A stretch of DNA of 64,000 nucleotides from an uncultured Candidatus Saccharibacteria bacterium (GCA_964450735.1 CAYVDC010000004.1:18829-82828), one strand, 5' to 3'. Positions 8,773 through 18,602 are shown, counted from the stretch's first letter. Translations and numbers: made by a program. The notes: generated by a model not told the origin, from the sequence alone.

Positions 8773-11700
8773 TTATTTGATCTTACTTATGAGGCTTCGC
8801 GTCAGCGGTCCAAAGAATCCGCTCGTCGGCTTGATACCATAAGCAGTCTGGAACTTAACCAAAGCCTTGAATGTAGCAGGACCGAAATAGCGAGTTTCAT
8901 TGCCAATTGATCCGGGACCAAACGCTGAGATTGGAAAACCGTGGCTATTCAAGAACTGCTGGAGTCTAAGAACATCGTCTGAGGTCATACCAAGCTTGAG
9001 ATCACGATTGAAGACATACGTCGTTGTTCCACCAGTTGAAGGATAGATAGGCGTGGTTGGAATAATTACGGGGGTTGATCCGATACTTGGAACAACCAAG
9101 CCGCTATTTCCAGGGAGAAGCACGACTCCGCCACTATTTGATACTGAAGGCGTAGGAGTTGGTACTACAGGCACGCTAACTTCAAAAGCTGAAACCGCTA
9201 ACGCGACTGAGGTGTTTCCTGCGCTATCAGTAATTGAGACTGTACAGTTTGTGTATGTTCCCCCGCCAAGAGTATTGAAAGTAATTGTATTTGAACCAGT
9301 GCTTGCTGACGTCGTAGGTGATGAACATGAGCCTCCGTATGACACAGTACCACCTTCATTTGTACTGAATACATAGTCAGGAGTGGTGTCAGTTGTCGGC
9401 GTCGTAATAGGAGTTACTTCGGTTAAGGTCGGAGGGTTAGTATCAATAACGATAGCCTTATTTGCCTCAAGGTTAGTTGCGGGTACGAAATCAGTCATAG
9501 CATTGCCCGCCTGATCAGCAATAGTTCCAGCAATAGTTTTAATATTCAAGTCGCTACTCAAATCCCCGGCTTGTACCGTGTAGTTACAGCTTGCAGATGA
9601 AGCGTTTGTAATAGTAAACGAGCAAGTCTGGTCAGTAATGCCAGTTTCGAGAGTGACAATTACTGAACCTGTCGAAGTAACAGCCTCTGAGAAGGTTACC
9701 TGGACGGCAATTACTTCCCCTGCTTTATATGAACCATCGGGCTTGCTTGAAGTGATGTTGGTAATTGTTGGAGGAGTTGTTTCGATAGTAAAGCTTGTAA
9801 CGGAAAGTGTATTTGAAACATTGCCGACAGTGTCAGTCACTTGGATCGTACAGTTTGAATAGGTGCCTACTGTAAGCGCGTTGAATGTGATCGTATTTGA
9901 TCCGCTTGTTGCTAAAGTTGTTGCAGATGAGCATGAACCTCCGTACGTGATAGTTCCAGCTTCTGTAGATCCGAATACATAGTTTGGCGTAGTGTCATTT
10001 CCAGGAGTAACAACTGGAGTCACCTGGGTAAGTGTTGGCCCTGCCGTATCAATAACCAATGCCTTGTTTGCAGCAAGGTTTGTAGCTGGCACAAAGTTCG
10101 TCATTGGATTTGCAGACTGGTCAGCAATTGTTCCTGAGATAGCATTCACATTCAAATCTCCGCTTGTGTCTCCTGCCTGAACAGTGTAGTTACATGAAGC
10201 CGAAGCGCTGTTTGAAACAGTAAACGTACATGTTCTGTCAGTCGCGCCTGTTTCAAGCGTGATAGTAACACTGCCAGTTGAAGTAACCGCTTCAGAGAAT
10301 GTAACCTGAATAGCGATCACTTCGCCGATGCCATATGTGCCGTTTGTCTTTGATGAGGTGATATTTGTAATTGTAGGAGCGTCTGCATCAATGGTTGTAA
10401 AGCTCCATGCAGTCGTGCTTGAAATGCCGGCGTAGCTATTTGTCGCGGCATCGCGGAATGCACCTGAATCAACTTGAACATAATATTCAGTAAAGCTTGC
10501 AAACGTTATTGAAGGATCGATTGTAATCGTTGTTGTTCCTGAACCTGTCACCTGTCCGCTTCCGACAGCAATAGTTTCTATTGTTGAATTATCAGATGTT
10601 TTTTTGATAGTAATATTACCAGTATTTGCTGTAACAGCTTCGGTGAATGTCATGACCAAGTTTGCAGTTGCAGAAACACCCGTAGCATTATCTAATGGCG
10701 AAAGGGTTGAAACAGTTGGGGCCGTAGTGTCTACTCTGAAAGTAGTGACACTGAGAGGTGTTGATGCGTTTAATGCTGCGTCTGTGACAGTAATCGTACA
10801 ATTACTATATGTAGCGTCAGTAAGCGTATTGAATGTAATGGTGTTGCTTCCAACAGTCGCAGATGTAGTCGCTGATGAGCATGAACCTCCGTAGGTAATA
10901 GTACCCGCTTCATTTATTGTAAATGTATAGTCAGGAGTTGCATCATTTGTTGGAGTCAAAACAGGAGTAACTTCCGAAATCGTTGGTGCAGTCACATCAC
11001 CGGATGAAGGAGTAACCGAGTTTGAAGCCGCTGACTGGCTGCTTGAACCAGCAGTGTTTGTTCCATACACTTTAAACGTATATGGCGTTGCCGAAAGACC
11101 GCTTACCGTAATCGGTGATGAACTTCCAGTTCCGGTAATGCTGCTCGGTGTTGAGATCGCAGTATAGGTAACATCCGCTCCCCCATCGAAATCTGAAATT
11201 GTAAATGCAACGTTTGCAGAACCTGCGCCAGCGGACGCTGTACCGATGGTTGGGGTGCTTGGAGCAACCACATCGGTGTATCCAATACGTGCCAAACCAT
11301 CACGCCATACATGGCCGATGATTGTTCGAGCTGCGTCATTTTCATGAATATGGTCATGACTCAATCCATCATAAATTGAATTAAGATTGCCAGATCCATC
11401 ATTCAAGAGATCAGTATGTCGGTATACGCGAGCATCCACGCCGGTAATTGGCGTTGCGCCATTGCCCTTGATAGCATCATTTACATCAAGCCATTTCTGA
11501 TAAGCAATCAATCCATTTGTAGAGCCGTACACATCGATATATCGTTGCTTCGCTGGTGTCATAGTAGCAATAACAATCTTTGAACCGGCCTTCTTGTTTG
11601 CGTTGATAGTCGTGATGAGGTCTTGAAGACGAGCAATGGCAACGCTTGCTGCTTCTGCAGGATCAAGGTCATTGAGTCCAATTTCAACGAACGTCACATC

Positions 11701-14514
11701 GAATGTTCCTCTGTTCCCTGTTGCGAGATAGGCTGTTTTTTGTTGCGCAATAGTATTGCCTGGTACCGCAATACTTGTAGCCGACCAGCCCAAATTTGAC
11801 TGCGCTGTTGTAAAGAGATAGTTAATGATCTGTGATCCTCCATCATACGTGGCAACAGTACTATCACCAATTGCAAGTGCGGTTCCATACACTGAGTACG
11901 AAAATGGTACATGGTTGGCAAGGGATCCATTGTTGGTAATTGAAATTGTTTTTGTTCCCGGTTGATATGGAGTGTAGGTAAATGTAGCTGTTGGTGAGCC
12001 TGAAGAAATCGAGACAGTGGTAGGAGTAAATGTTCCACCAGCACCACTATCGCTTGGAGTAACCACTACTGTGCCAGTAATCAAACCATCGGCCCCTATG
12101 CCAAAGGTGCTTGAAGCAACACCTACTGCCCCGCTTGAAGGAGCAGTCATGGTAATAGTTGTGGCTGGTCCATTGGGATTTGCGGTAAATGCGAATCCTG
12201 CTGGATTCGTCAATGCATCATTGTTTGTAAGAGAAATTGTTTTTGCTCCCACTGATTCAGGAGTATACGTAAATGTTGCAGTAGGAACAGATGGTGTAAG
12301 AGTGACGCTTGTTGGAGTAAAAGTTCCGCCATCACCGCCGTCATTTGGTGTCACAACAACATCATATGCAAGTGTGCCGTCTACACTCACCGTAAAATTT
12401 GTTGAGGCTAGGGTTGTAAGTCCAGACGATGGGCCTGACAATGAGATGTTAGCCGCTGCTGCTGCGAGAGTAGCATGGACACCAATTCGTGTGCTGTTCA
12501 AATCACTGTAGATAGCAACATGCTGCAATCTACCGCCGACGTAACCACCAGCTCCACCGTTTGACATCAAGTACAATGAAAGATTTCCGAACGCATTTGT
12601 GTTGTTATTTAAAAATGGCCTTGAAGTCGGGGTTACTAATGTTCCATCTATATAAGTATCAACCTCGTTGGCTGGCTGAGTTTTATCGAACACTGTAACA
12701 ACATGATGCCAGGCACCAACTGTTGGACGAGTATAGAGAGCGCCATTATAGCCAACGTTTCCAAAAAGTGCAGTCAGTGCGTCGGCGGTGCTACCACTAG
12801 TTCCTCCATCCACAACATAGCCAAATGTCCCATTTGTTTGTCCAAGGCTGGTACCATATCCCCATAGATTTTTTGGTGATATCGATCCATACGTAGGGAT
12901 ATACACCAATCCTTCAACAACTAATTTGCTATATGAAGAAAGACTGAGTGCCGAAGCAGAGACTGCATAATCATTTACACCATCAAACGAAACAGCTGTA
13001 CCGCCAGTTTTTCCCACAGCACCAACGGTGGCACCACCAGTGAGCGTGAGTGCGGTTCCACCGACTGTAGCGGCAAGCGAAGTACCCGATGATTCATTCA
13101 TTTTCCAGTAGTAAAGCAAGTTGCTCTCCGCTCCCACTGTTTGCGTATAAGTAGCAATAGTAGCAAAGTAACTGACTGAGCTTGGATTTACCAGTCCACC
13201 ATTGTTTGTAACTGAAATAGTTTTCGTACCTGTTGAACCTGCAGTGTACGTGAAAGTTGCAGTTGGTGAGCCTGCTGAAATAGCTACGCTCGTTGGGGTA
13301 AATGTTCCCCCACCGCTTGAATCACTTGGGGTTACTGTCACAGTTCCTGAAATTGCTCCGTCTGCACCGACAGTGAAATTGGTCGAGGCAAAAGCGACAC
13401 TACCACTTGAGGGACCAGAAAGTGTTACCGCCGTTGCTGCGTTACTTGAGACATAACTAAGTGAGCTAGGATTCGAGAGACTTTGATTGTTTGTTACAGA
13501 AATTGTTTTCGTTCCTGTTGATGCAGGCGTATACGTGAAAGTTGCAGTAGGAGTCCCCGAAGAAAGCGTAACCGTAGTTGGAGTAAAGGTTCCACCGTTT
13601 CCTCCATCGCTCGGAGTAACAATAGTGCTTGCTGCAAAAGTAGCATTTCCTCCAACAGTAAAGTTTGTCGATGCAACGCCATTCAACCCGTTAGTAGGAC
13701 CGGTAAGTGTAATTGCTGTCGCTGTATTCAAAAGATCAGCATGCGCTGCAATTCGAGCAGCGCTCAAGTCGCTATAAATAGCAAGGTGTTGCATTGAACC
13801 TGGAGAAAAAACAGAAGTGCCAGCGCGGCTCATCAAATACAATGTGAGGTTGGCAAAGTTGTTCGTGTTATTAAAATCGTATGGACGAGAAGTTGCAGTT
13901 TGCAAAACACCGTCAATATAAAAAGCTACTTCACCACTTGAAAGGCTTTTATCATATACCGCAACAATATGGTGCCAGGCTGCTGCTGATTGGCGGTTAT
14001 ATAACGCAATACTATAGCTAGTATTACCTAACAGAGCAACGTTTGCAGCAGCCGTTGTGCCGTTTACTCCACCATCCCCTGCATAATAAAATGAGCCATT
14101 CGAACCACTAACATCAGTACCGTATTCCCAAATATTTCTAGCGGAAGTGGTAGGAGTTGGATATGACGGTATATACACAAGTGCTTCAACAACCACCTTA
14201 TTATATGCAGAAAGATTAAGAACTGAAGCTGTCGAAGCATAGTCATTTACTCCATCAAATGACACAGCTGCTCCGTCGATACGGCCAGTAGCTCCCGCAA
14301 CTGCACCATTACCCAAGTTAATATTCACTCCTCCAACAAGGGCAGTTTCAACCGTCCCTGAAGCCGCATCCATTGGCCAGTAGTATTTCAAGTTGGTTTC
14401 ACCTTGAACGACGTCTCGGTAGGCAGCAAAGGCGCCACTTGAGGTTAAACCGAAAGCCAAAAAGGCTATTAAAATAAGAAGAATTTTTTTGATGTACATA
14501 GCGTAGTACATCAA
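8773..14514 (-). CDS. giant secreted multidomain surface protein (1913 aa): signal peptide, two LamG/concanavalin-like modules, repeated Ig-like (Big) modules, SGNH/GDSL hydrolase module, C-terminal PG_binding_1 domain
   Basis: N-terminal MMYYAMYIKKILLILIAFLAFGLTSSGAFA. The LamG-like segment YYW…GGT…VSFDGVNDY…GLVYIP…WHHVV…YIDG occurs twice. Repeated ...TGTKTISVTNN... Ig-like units. AIGDSTVA … DHIH (SGNH catalytic Ser and Asp/His). C-terminal LKLGMTSDDVLRLQQFLNSHGF…FGPATFKALVKFQ peptidoglycan-binding motif. Confidence 0.8.
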   Translation of the reverse strand: MMYYAMYIKKILLILIAFLAFGLTSSGAFAAYRDVVQGETNLKYYWPMDAASGTVETALVGGVNINLGNGAVAGATGRIDGAAVSFDGVNDYASTASVLNLSAYNKVVVEALVYIPSYPTPTTSARNIWEYGTDVSGSNGSFYYAGDGGVNGTTAAANVALLGNTSYSIALYNRQSAAAWHHIVAVYDKSLSSGEVAFYIDGVLQTATSRPYDFNNTNNFANLTLYLMSRAGTSVFSPGSMQHLAIYSDLSAARIAAHADLLNTATAITLTGPTNGLNGVASTNFTVGGNATFAASTIVTPSDGGNGGTFTPTTVTLSSGTPTATFTYTPASTGTKTISVTNNQSLSNPSSLSYVSSNAATAVTLSGPSSGSVAFASTNFTVGADGAISGTVTVTPSDSSGGGTFTPTSVAISAGSPTATFTYTAGSTGTKTISVTNNGGLVNPSSVSYFATIATYTQTVGAESNLLYYWKMNESSGTSLAATVGGTALTLTGGATVGAVGKTGGTAVSFDGVNDYAVSASALSLSSYSKLVVEGLVYIPTYGSISPKNLWGYGTSLGQTNGTFGYVVDGGTSGSTADALTALFGNVGYNGALYTRPTVGAWHHVVTVFDKTQPANEVDTYIDGTLVTPTSRPFLNNNTNAFGNLSLYLMSNGGAGGYVGGRLQHVAIYSDLNSTRIGVHATLAAAAANISLSGPSSGLTTLASTNFTVSVDGTLAYDVVVTPNDGGDGGTFTPTSVTLTPSVPTATFTYTPESVGAKTISLTNNDALTNPAGFAFTANPNGPATTITMTAPSSGAVGVASSTFGIGADGLITGTVVVTPSDSGAGGTFTPTTVSISSGSPTATFTYTPYQPGTKTISITNNGSLANHVPFSYSVYGTALAIGDSTVATYDGGSQIINYLFTTAQSNLGWSATSIAVPGNTIAQQKTAYLATGNRGTFDVTFVEIGLNDLDPAEAASVAIARLQDLITTINANKKAGSKIVIATMTPAKQRYIDVYGSTNGLIAYQKWLDVNDAIKGNGATPITGVDARVYRHTDLLNDGSGNLNSIYDGLSHDHIHENDAARTIIGHVWRDGLARIGYTDVVAPSTPTIGTASAGAGSANVAFTISDFDGGADVTYTAISTPSSITGTGSSSPITVSGLSATPYTFKVYGTNTAGSSSQSAASNSVTPSSGDVTAPTISEVTPVLTPTNDATPDYTFTINEAGTITYGGSCSSATTSATVGSNTITFNTLTDATYSNCTITVTDAALNASTPLSVTTFRVDTTAPTVSTLSPLDNATGVSATANLVMTFTEAVTANTGNITIKKTSDNSTIETIAVGSGQVTGSGTTTITIDPSITFASFTEYYVQVDSGAFRDAATNSYAGISSTTAWSFTTIDADAPTITNITSSKTNGTYGIGEVIAIQVTFSEAVTSTGSVTITLETGATDRTCTFTVSNSASASCNYTVQAGDTSGDLNVNAISGTIADQSANPMTNFVPATNLAANKALVIDTAGPTLTQVTPVVTPGNDTTPNYVFGSTEAGTITYGGSCSSATTLATSGSNTITFNALTVGTYSNCTIQVTDTVGNVSNTLSVTSFTIETTPPTITNITSSKPDGSYKAGEVIAVQVTFSEAVTSTGSVIVTLETGITDQTCSFTITNASSASCNYTVQAGDLSSDLNIKTIAGTIADQAGNAMTDFVPATNLEANKAIVIDTNPPTLTEVTPITTPTTDTTPDYVFSTNEGGTVSYGGSCSSPTTSASTGSNTITFNTLGGGTYTNCTVSITDSAGNTSVALAVSAFEVSVPVVPTPTPSVSNSGGVVLLPGNSGLVVPSIGSTPVIIPTTPIYPSTGGTTTYVFNRDLKLGMTSDDVLRLQQFLNSHGFPISAFGPGSIGNETRYFGPATFKALVKFQTAYGIKPTSGFFGPLTRSLISKIK

Positions 14515-14563
14515 TTATATACCAAAAACCTTATAATCAAAAGCTTTTCGGGCCTTTCAAGGA

Positions 14564-15148
14564 TTACTGGACTTGAGTCTTGGTATTTTTAGTTTTTTCG
14601 ATGATTTCCATCAATTTTTGAACCAAAACCTTGGGATCTTCATGGAAAATAACATTCTGAGTTGGATATTCACCTCGAGAAACGATTTCTTTGACGAGTG
14701 GAGCGATGCTTCCCTCTCCTTCAAGCACGCCAACTGGCTTGCTTTCCTGGAAAGCGACAGTAAATTCATTAACCGTTCCCACTCGCCCACAGCCAACAAT
14801 GATAGCGTCTGCGCTCCTGGAGAATAACAAATCACGGCCAGGTTCGCCGAATCCTGTATAAATAACGGCGTCAGTATATAACAGCGGCATACGATAGACT
14901 TCAGCATGTTCTTTTTCACTGCTTGCTGGGGATAGGCCGATGACAAAGCCCTTTTCTTCTTTAGCGCCCATGGCTGCCCACATTGGAAAACCCGAAGAAG
15001 CACCGGTAAGCAAAATGCCGCCTTGGCGTGAGATCTCGCGTCCAAGCTCTTTTGCTTGGTCGAGAGCATTGATGCCGCATGTTCCTGTTTCAGTTGCACC
15101 AGCAACACCAATTTTTATTTTGAGATAGTTGTGTTTTCCTGCTTGCAT
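14564..15148 (-). CDS. LOG-family / TIGR00725 Rossmann-fold nucleotide-binding protein
   Basis: IGVAGATETGTCG … ILLTGASSGFPMWAAMGA … GFGEPGRDLLFSRSADAIIVGCGRVGTVNE resembles the LOG/YgdH-like family. Confidence 0.55.
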   Translation of the reverse strand: MQAGKHNYLKIKIGVAGATETGTCGINALDQAKELGREISRQGGILLTGASSGFPMWAAMGAKEEKGFVIGLSPASSEKEHAEVYRMPLLYTDAVIYTGFGEPGRDLLFSRSADAIIVGCGRVGTVNEFTVAFQESKPVGVLEGEGSIAPLVKEIVSRGEYPTQNVIFHEDPKVLVQKLMEIIEKTKNTKTQVQ

Positions 15149-15152
15149 AGTT

Positions 15153-16532
15153 TTAACAATCTAACGTTACGCTTGTTCCTGCATCTGGAGCAACTGCACT
15201 CACACCCAAGAAATCTCTGAGCTTTTGGACCAAAAACAGCGCTGCTTTGGGTTCACCCATGACTACAAAGACTTTTTTGAGGCTGTCTGCCGTATTTGCC
15301 ACAAAATCAGTGAGCGCGTCAGTGTCTTTGTGTCCTGAATACCCGCTGATTTTTTCGATATGCGCGCGCACGGCGACTTTTTCATGCATGATCATTACCT
15401 CAGTAGCGCCTTCTTCTATCTTGCGGCCGAGTGTACCTTGAGACTGGTAGCCGATCAAAAGAATCGTGTTGTTTGGGTCTGGAAGATAATTGAGTTCATG
15501 GTGAATAATTCGTCCCCCGTTAGACATGCCTGACCCTGCGATGACAATTTTTGGATTTGGAATATGAACGATTTCTTTTGAATCTTTTGTATCGTCGGTA
15601 ATGCGCAGTCCTGGAAAGGAAAAAATATCAGCATCTTTTTTAATATCTGCCTGCACCATTGGATTGAAGTACTCAGAGTATTTTTTAAATACAGAAGTGA
15701 GTTTGATACCAAGCGGTGAATCGAAATACACAGGCATCTTTGGAATGCGCTCGTTTTCAACCAGAGTATTCATTTCATAAAGAAGTTCCTGGCTGCGCTC
15801 AAGCGAGAATGTAGGCATGATGAGAACTCCTTTTCGCTTGTAGTTGTCCTGTATGACTTCTTGCAATCGCTGCTTGCGGATCTCGCGATCTTCGTGCTTG
15901 CGGTCGCCATAGACGCTTTCCATGATGAGATAGTCAACGTTCTCGAGCTTCTCAGTATCTTGCAGAATTGGCGACGGTGAGTTTCCCAGGTCGCCAGTAA
16001 AGACAATTTTCTTGCCATAGAAGGTGAACTCGATCATTGATGAACCAAGCACATGGCCAGCATCAAGCAATCTAAATGAAAAATCAGGACCGAGCTCCAC
16101 TACTTTGTGGTATGGATACCCTTCCCAGAGGCTGATTGCATGCTTGATGTTTTCTTCGCCGTACATCGTGCGAAGATCATGTTCCTTGTCCTTGGTAACA
16201 ATAGCTGCAGTATCCTCAAGCATTGGATAAGTAAGTTCTTTGGTCGGCGGGGTTGAATAAATAACGCCTTTAAAGCCCTCCTCTATGAGTTTTGGTATAC
16301 GGCCGATGTGGTCAATATGGCAATGCGTGATAAATAGCGCATCGATCTCAGCTGGATTGTATGGAAATGGGCCCCAGTTTACTTTGTCAGCGATGCTTTC
16401 ACCCTGGATCATGCCGCAATCGACAAGAAGCTTCTTGCCGTCGGCTTCGATAAGAAAATTTGCACCAGTTACCGTGCCCGCACCGGAGCAGAAAGTAATT
16501 TTGAACGGGTGCGTTGTGTTAGTGTCTGTCAT
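15153..16532 (-). CDS. MBL-fold beta-CASP ribonuclease (RNase J / CPSF-like)
   Basis: HCHIDHIGRIP (HxHxDH motif), beta-CASP spacing, C-terminal His. Start set at MTDTNTTHPFKITFCSGAG (ATG 16532). The listed upstream extension to 16601 is encoded by the inverted-repeat element and is probably not coding. Confidence 0.7.
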   Translation of the reverse strand: MTDTNTTHPFKITFCSGAGTVTGANFLIEADGKKLLVDCGMIQGESIADKVNWGPFPYNPAEIDALFITHCHIDHIGRIPKLIEEGFKGVIYSTPPTKELTYPMLEDTAAIVTKDKEHDLRTMYGEENIKHAISLWEGYPYHKVVELGPDFSFRLLDAGHVLGSSMIEFTFYGKKIVFTGDLGNSPSPILQDTEKLENVDYLIMESVYGDRKHEDREIRKQRLQEVIQDNYKRKGVLIMPTFSLERSQELLYEMNTLVENERIPKMPVYFDSPLGIKLTSVFKKYSEYFNPMVQADIKKDADIFSFPGLRITDDTKDSKEIVHIPNPKIVIAGSGMSNGGRIIHHELNYLPDPNNTILLIGYQSQGTLGRKIEEGATEVMIMHEKVAVRAHIEKISGYSGHKDTDALTDFVANTADSLKKVFVVMGEPKAALFLVQKLRDFLGVSAVAPDAGTSVTLDC

Positions 16533-16560
16533 TACTGATAAGTATACAGTATTGGTGAGC

Positions 16561-16699
16561 AAAATCCCAAGCATATTCAAAATAATTTCTCCGCAAACCA
16601 AGGCCCCGTCTCGGGCTAGCGCCTCTTCGCGGGGTTTCGCCGGCGGAAAGCAGCAGCCGGCTCATGCTACGAAATTATTTTGAATATGCTTGGGATTTT
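16561..16699. repeat. 139-bp element: perfect 29-bp inverted repeats (aaaatcccaagcatattcaaaataatttc) flanking an 81-nt GC-rich core
   Basis: Seen directly. IR arms at 16561–16589 and 16671–16699 are exact reverse complements. The core 16590–16670 has internal hairpins ccccg…cgggg and gccggc…gccggc. Confidence 0.6.
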
Positions 16700-16960
16700 A
16701 TTGTATGAAATAAAAAAAATCCGCACTAACGCTAGGTTGTGCAGCTTCTTTTTAGGACTATCTGGCAGATATCACCTTAGCATGTATGCTAAGTGGGTTC
16801 TAGACGAGTGAGGCCAAGGCCAAACGCGATCGAGGATCCCTGGAGATATTGTTCTAAGTGATACTCCGAAATAATCCTATAGTCAGTATACGCTCATGAA
16901 ATTTCTTGGCAAGTATTTTTTCCAAAAAGAACACGAGTTTGGGAAATTTCAAATGTATTC

Positions 16961-17572
16961 TTATAAAAGATCCTTTGTTTTTTCTTTGAGCATACCTGCG
17001 CCTTCATAAAAATAACCATGCATGCCCAAACTTTTAGCAGTATCGACATTTTTTTGTCCGTCACAGAAGAACATTATTTCTTCTGGTTTCAGATTCAGTG
17101 TTTTAAAAACAAAATCCCAATATTCTGGCTGCCATTTATCATATCCTATGTCGCATGTGCAAAATATTCCATCAAAATGGTCTTTTAATCCGACAACGTC
17201 GAGAAGATACTGCTTTCTGTACTTTTCTTGTCTTGTTGCGATATAGCATTGCATGCCTTTTGACCGCAATTCATCGACAATTGTAAGTACTTCTTTGTCT
17301 GTAACATTGTAACCTTCGAACCAGTACTTAAGAAGGTCATCAACTGTACCCGGATAGTTCCATTTAGCTAGATAGGGTGTAATTTTTTCCTTAAGGTCTG
17401 CCCTGCCAAATGAACATTCTCGAAAATCCTTCACAAAGAACTCTGAAATTACTTCCATTGGGAGGTTAAGATCCTCTGCCAAACGCTCGCTGAATATCTT
17501 TCCATTTCCTAGGATTACCACTCCATCGAGATCAAATAAGACTGCTTTTATCATATTCCAAGATAATAACAC
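16961..17572 (-). CDS. HAD-superfamily hydrolase
   Basis: MIKAVLFDLDGVV (motif I DxD), …FFCDGQKNVDTAKSLGM (motif IV). Confidence 0.65.
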   Translation of the reverse strand: MLLSWNMIKAVLFDLDGVVILGNGKIFSERLAEDLNLPMEVISEFFVKDFRECSFGRADLKEKITPYLAKWNYPGTVDDLLKYWFEGYNVTDKEVLTIVDELRSKGMQCYIATRQEKYRKQYLLDVVGLKDHFDGIFCTCDIGYDKWQPEYWDFVFKTLNLKPEEIMFFCDGQKNVDTAKSLGMHGYFYEGAGMLKEKTKDLL

Positions 17573-17579
17573 AGAACCC

Positions 17580-17655
17580 GCTTGCAGGCTTTTTCACTTT
17601 CTTCTCAAAAACAAGCCGTGCTATACTCCGTACAGAGTTTTATCAGTTAGTCAGA
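17580..17655. repeat. intergenic repeat module, copy 1 (acccgcttgcaggcttttt…ctttcttct…aaaacaagc…tacagagttttatca-ttag)
   Basis: About 75 bp, about 85% identical to copy 2 at 18016–18092. Contains TTCTCA…TATACT promoter-like hexamers. Confidence 0.5.
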
Positions 17656-17663
17656 CATACACC

Positions 17664-18005
17664 ATGGAAAAAATGCAAGCCCCAGTACCGGGCCGTTCAA
17701 GCGGAGAAGGCCGCGGCGACCAAATAACACACAATGAATCTGCAGAATACAAAGAATCTGTTCAAATGCTTTTCAACCTTATAGACTCAGCGGCTAATGG
17801 CAAAAAAGAAATTTCTGCTGGATCGACCATGCTTACTCTTATTGATGAAAATCCTCGAGGTTGGCAGAGTTCTTCAGAAAATAATTGGCGTGTGTATGAA
17901 GATGGAACCTTCGAAGAAGCAGACTCTCAGCAAGCAACTTCACCGCAAACAGATCGCCAAGAAAAAATCGAGGACTTGATCATTAAATACAAAGGCATGC
18001 TATAA
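17664..18005 (+). CDS. small acidic hypothetical protein (113 aa)
   Basis: ORF directly downstream of repeat copy 1. No recognisable domain. Confidence 0.4.
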   Translation: MEKMQAPVPGRSSGEGRGDQITHNESAEYKESVQMLFNLIDSAANGKKEISAGSTMLTLIDENPRGWQSSSENNWRVYEDGTFEEADSQQATSPQTDRQEKIEDLIIKYKGML

Positions 18006-18015
18006 AACGGCACAA

Positions 18016-18092
18016 AACCCGCTTGCAGGCTTTTTTACTTTCTTCTGAAAAACAAGCAATACGCTACTCCCTACAGAGTTTTATCAATTAGC
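18016..18092. repeat. intergenic repeat module, copy 2
   Basis: Near-identical to 17580–17655. Confidence 0.5.
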
Positions 18093-18179
18093 GATTTAGC
18101 TAACAAAGAACAGTAAAATTGACTTCTAACCTTGTATGCACTACACTTTTATCATTACTAGGATAAATTATTACTGCAT

Positions 18180-18527
18180 ATGAGTGAAAAATTTGGCGGT
18201 ATGGGTGGAGGAGACTTCTCAAAGAAACTAGAAGATTCCAAGAAAGTACAGCAAGATAAGACACAAGAATTAAATACAAACACCGAGCTTCTTATAGGAA
18301 AAGAAAGATTTGGTGGTTTAACTAGCACCTTGGACCAGTTAAGCGAGGGAGTAAAACTGCTTATTTCTAAAGCTGAAAAAAATGAAGCAGGAAGCGGAGA
18401 AAAAATCGAAAACCTATTGCGCGATGTTTCAAATAATCTTTACGGACACGTCTCTTCTACAAACGGCAATCCTGAAAAACTTATCAAGGCACTGGAAGAA
18501 CTGCGAGATCGAACCAACTTCGGTTAA
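18180..18527 (+). CDS. small hypothetical protein (115 aa)
   Basis: ORF downstream of repeat copy 2. Glycine-rich N-terminus, no recognisable domain. Confidence 0.4.
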   Translation: MSEKFGGMGGGDFSKKLEDSKKVQQDKTQELNTNTELLIGKERFGGLTSTLDQLSEGVKLLISKAEKNEAGSGEKIENLLRDVSNNLYGHVSSTNGNPEKLIKALEELRDRTNFG

Positions 18528-18555
18528 AAATCCGATAACCGACCTGAATAAACAC

Positions 18556-18580
18556 AAAACCCGCTTGCAGGCGGGTTTTG
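18556..18580. terminator. bidirectional terminator aaaacccgc-ttgcag-gcgggtttt (third, complete copy of the cccgcttgcaggc repeat core)
   Basis: Perfect 9-bp stem with flanking A/T runs, between convergent genes. Confidence 0.65.
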
Positions 18581-18602
18581 AATTTCTCTCTTTAGGATTT
18601 CT

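Noticed and set aside
9053-13777. Multiple plus-strand ORFs (e.g. 9053–9376, 12017–12511, 13202–13777) inside the giant gene
   Set aside because: They are antisense to a continuous 1913-aa ORF with clear domains. The repetitive Thr/Gly/Val coding produces long open antisense frames.
16590-16670. SRP RNA (4.5S) hypothesis for the GC-rich core (GGCGGAAAGCAGCAGCC resembles the domain IV GGAAGGAAGCAGCC motif)
   Set aside because: The GGAA is not at the apex of a symmetric hairpin (55 nt on one side, 22 on the other). The flanking perfect 29-bp arms do not resemble helix 5. Not supported without a covariance-model search.
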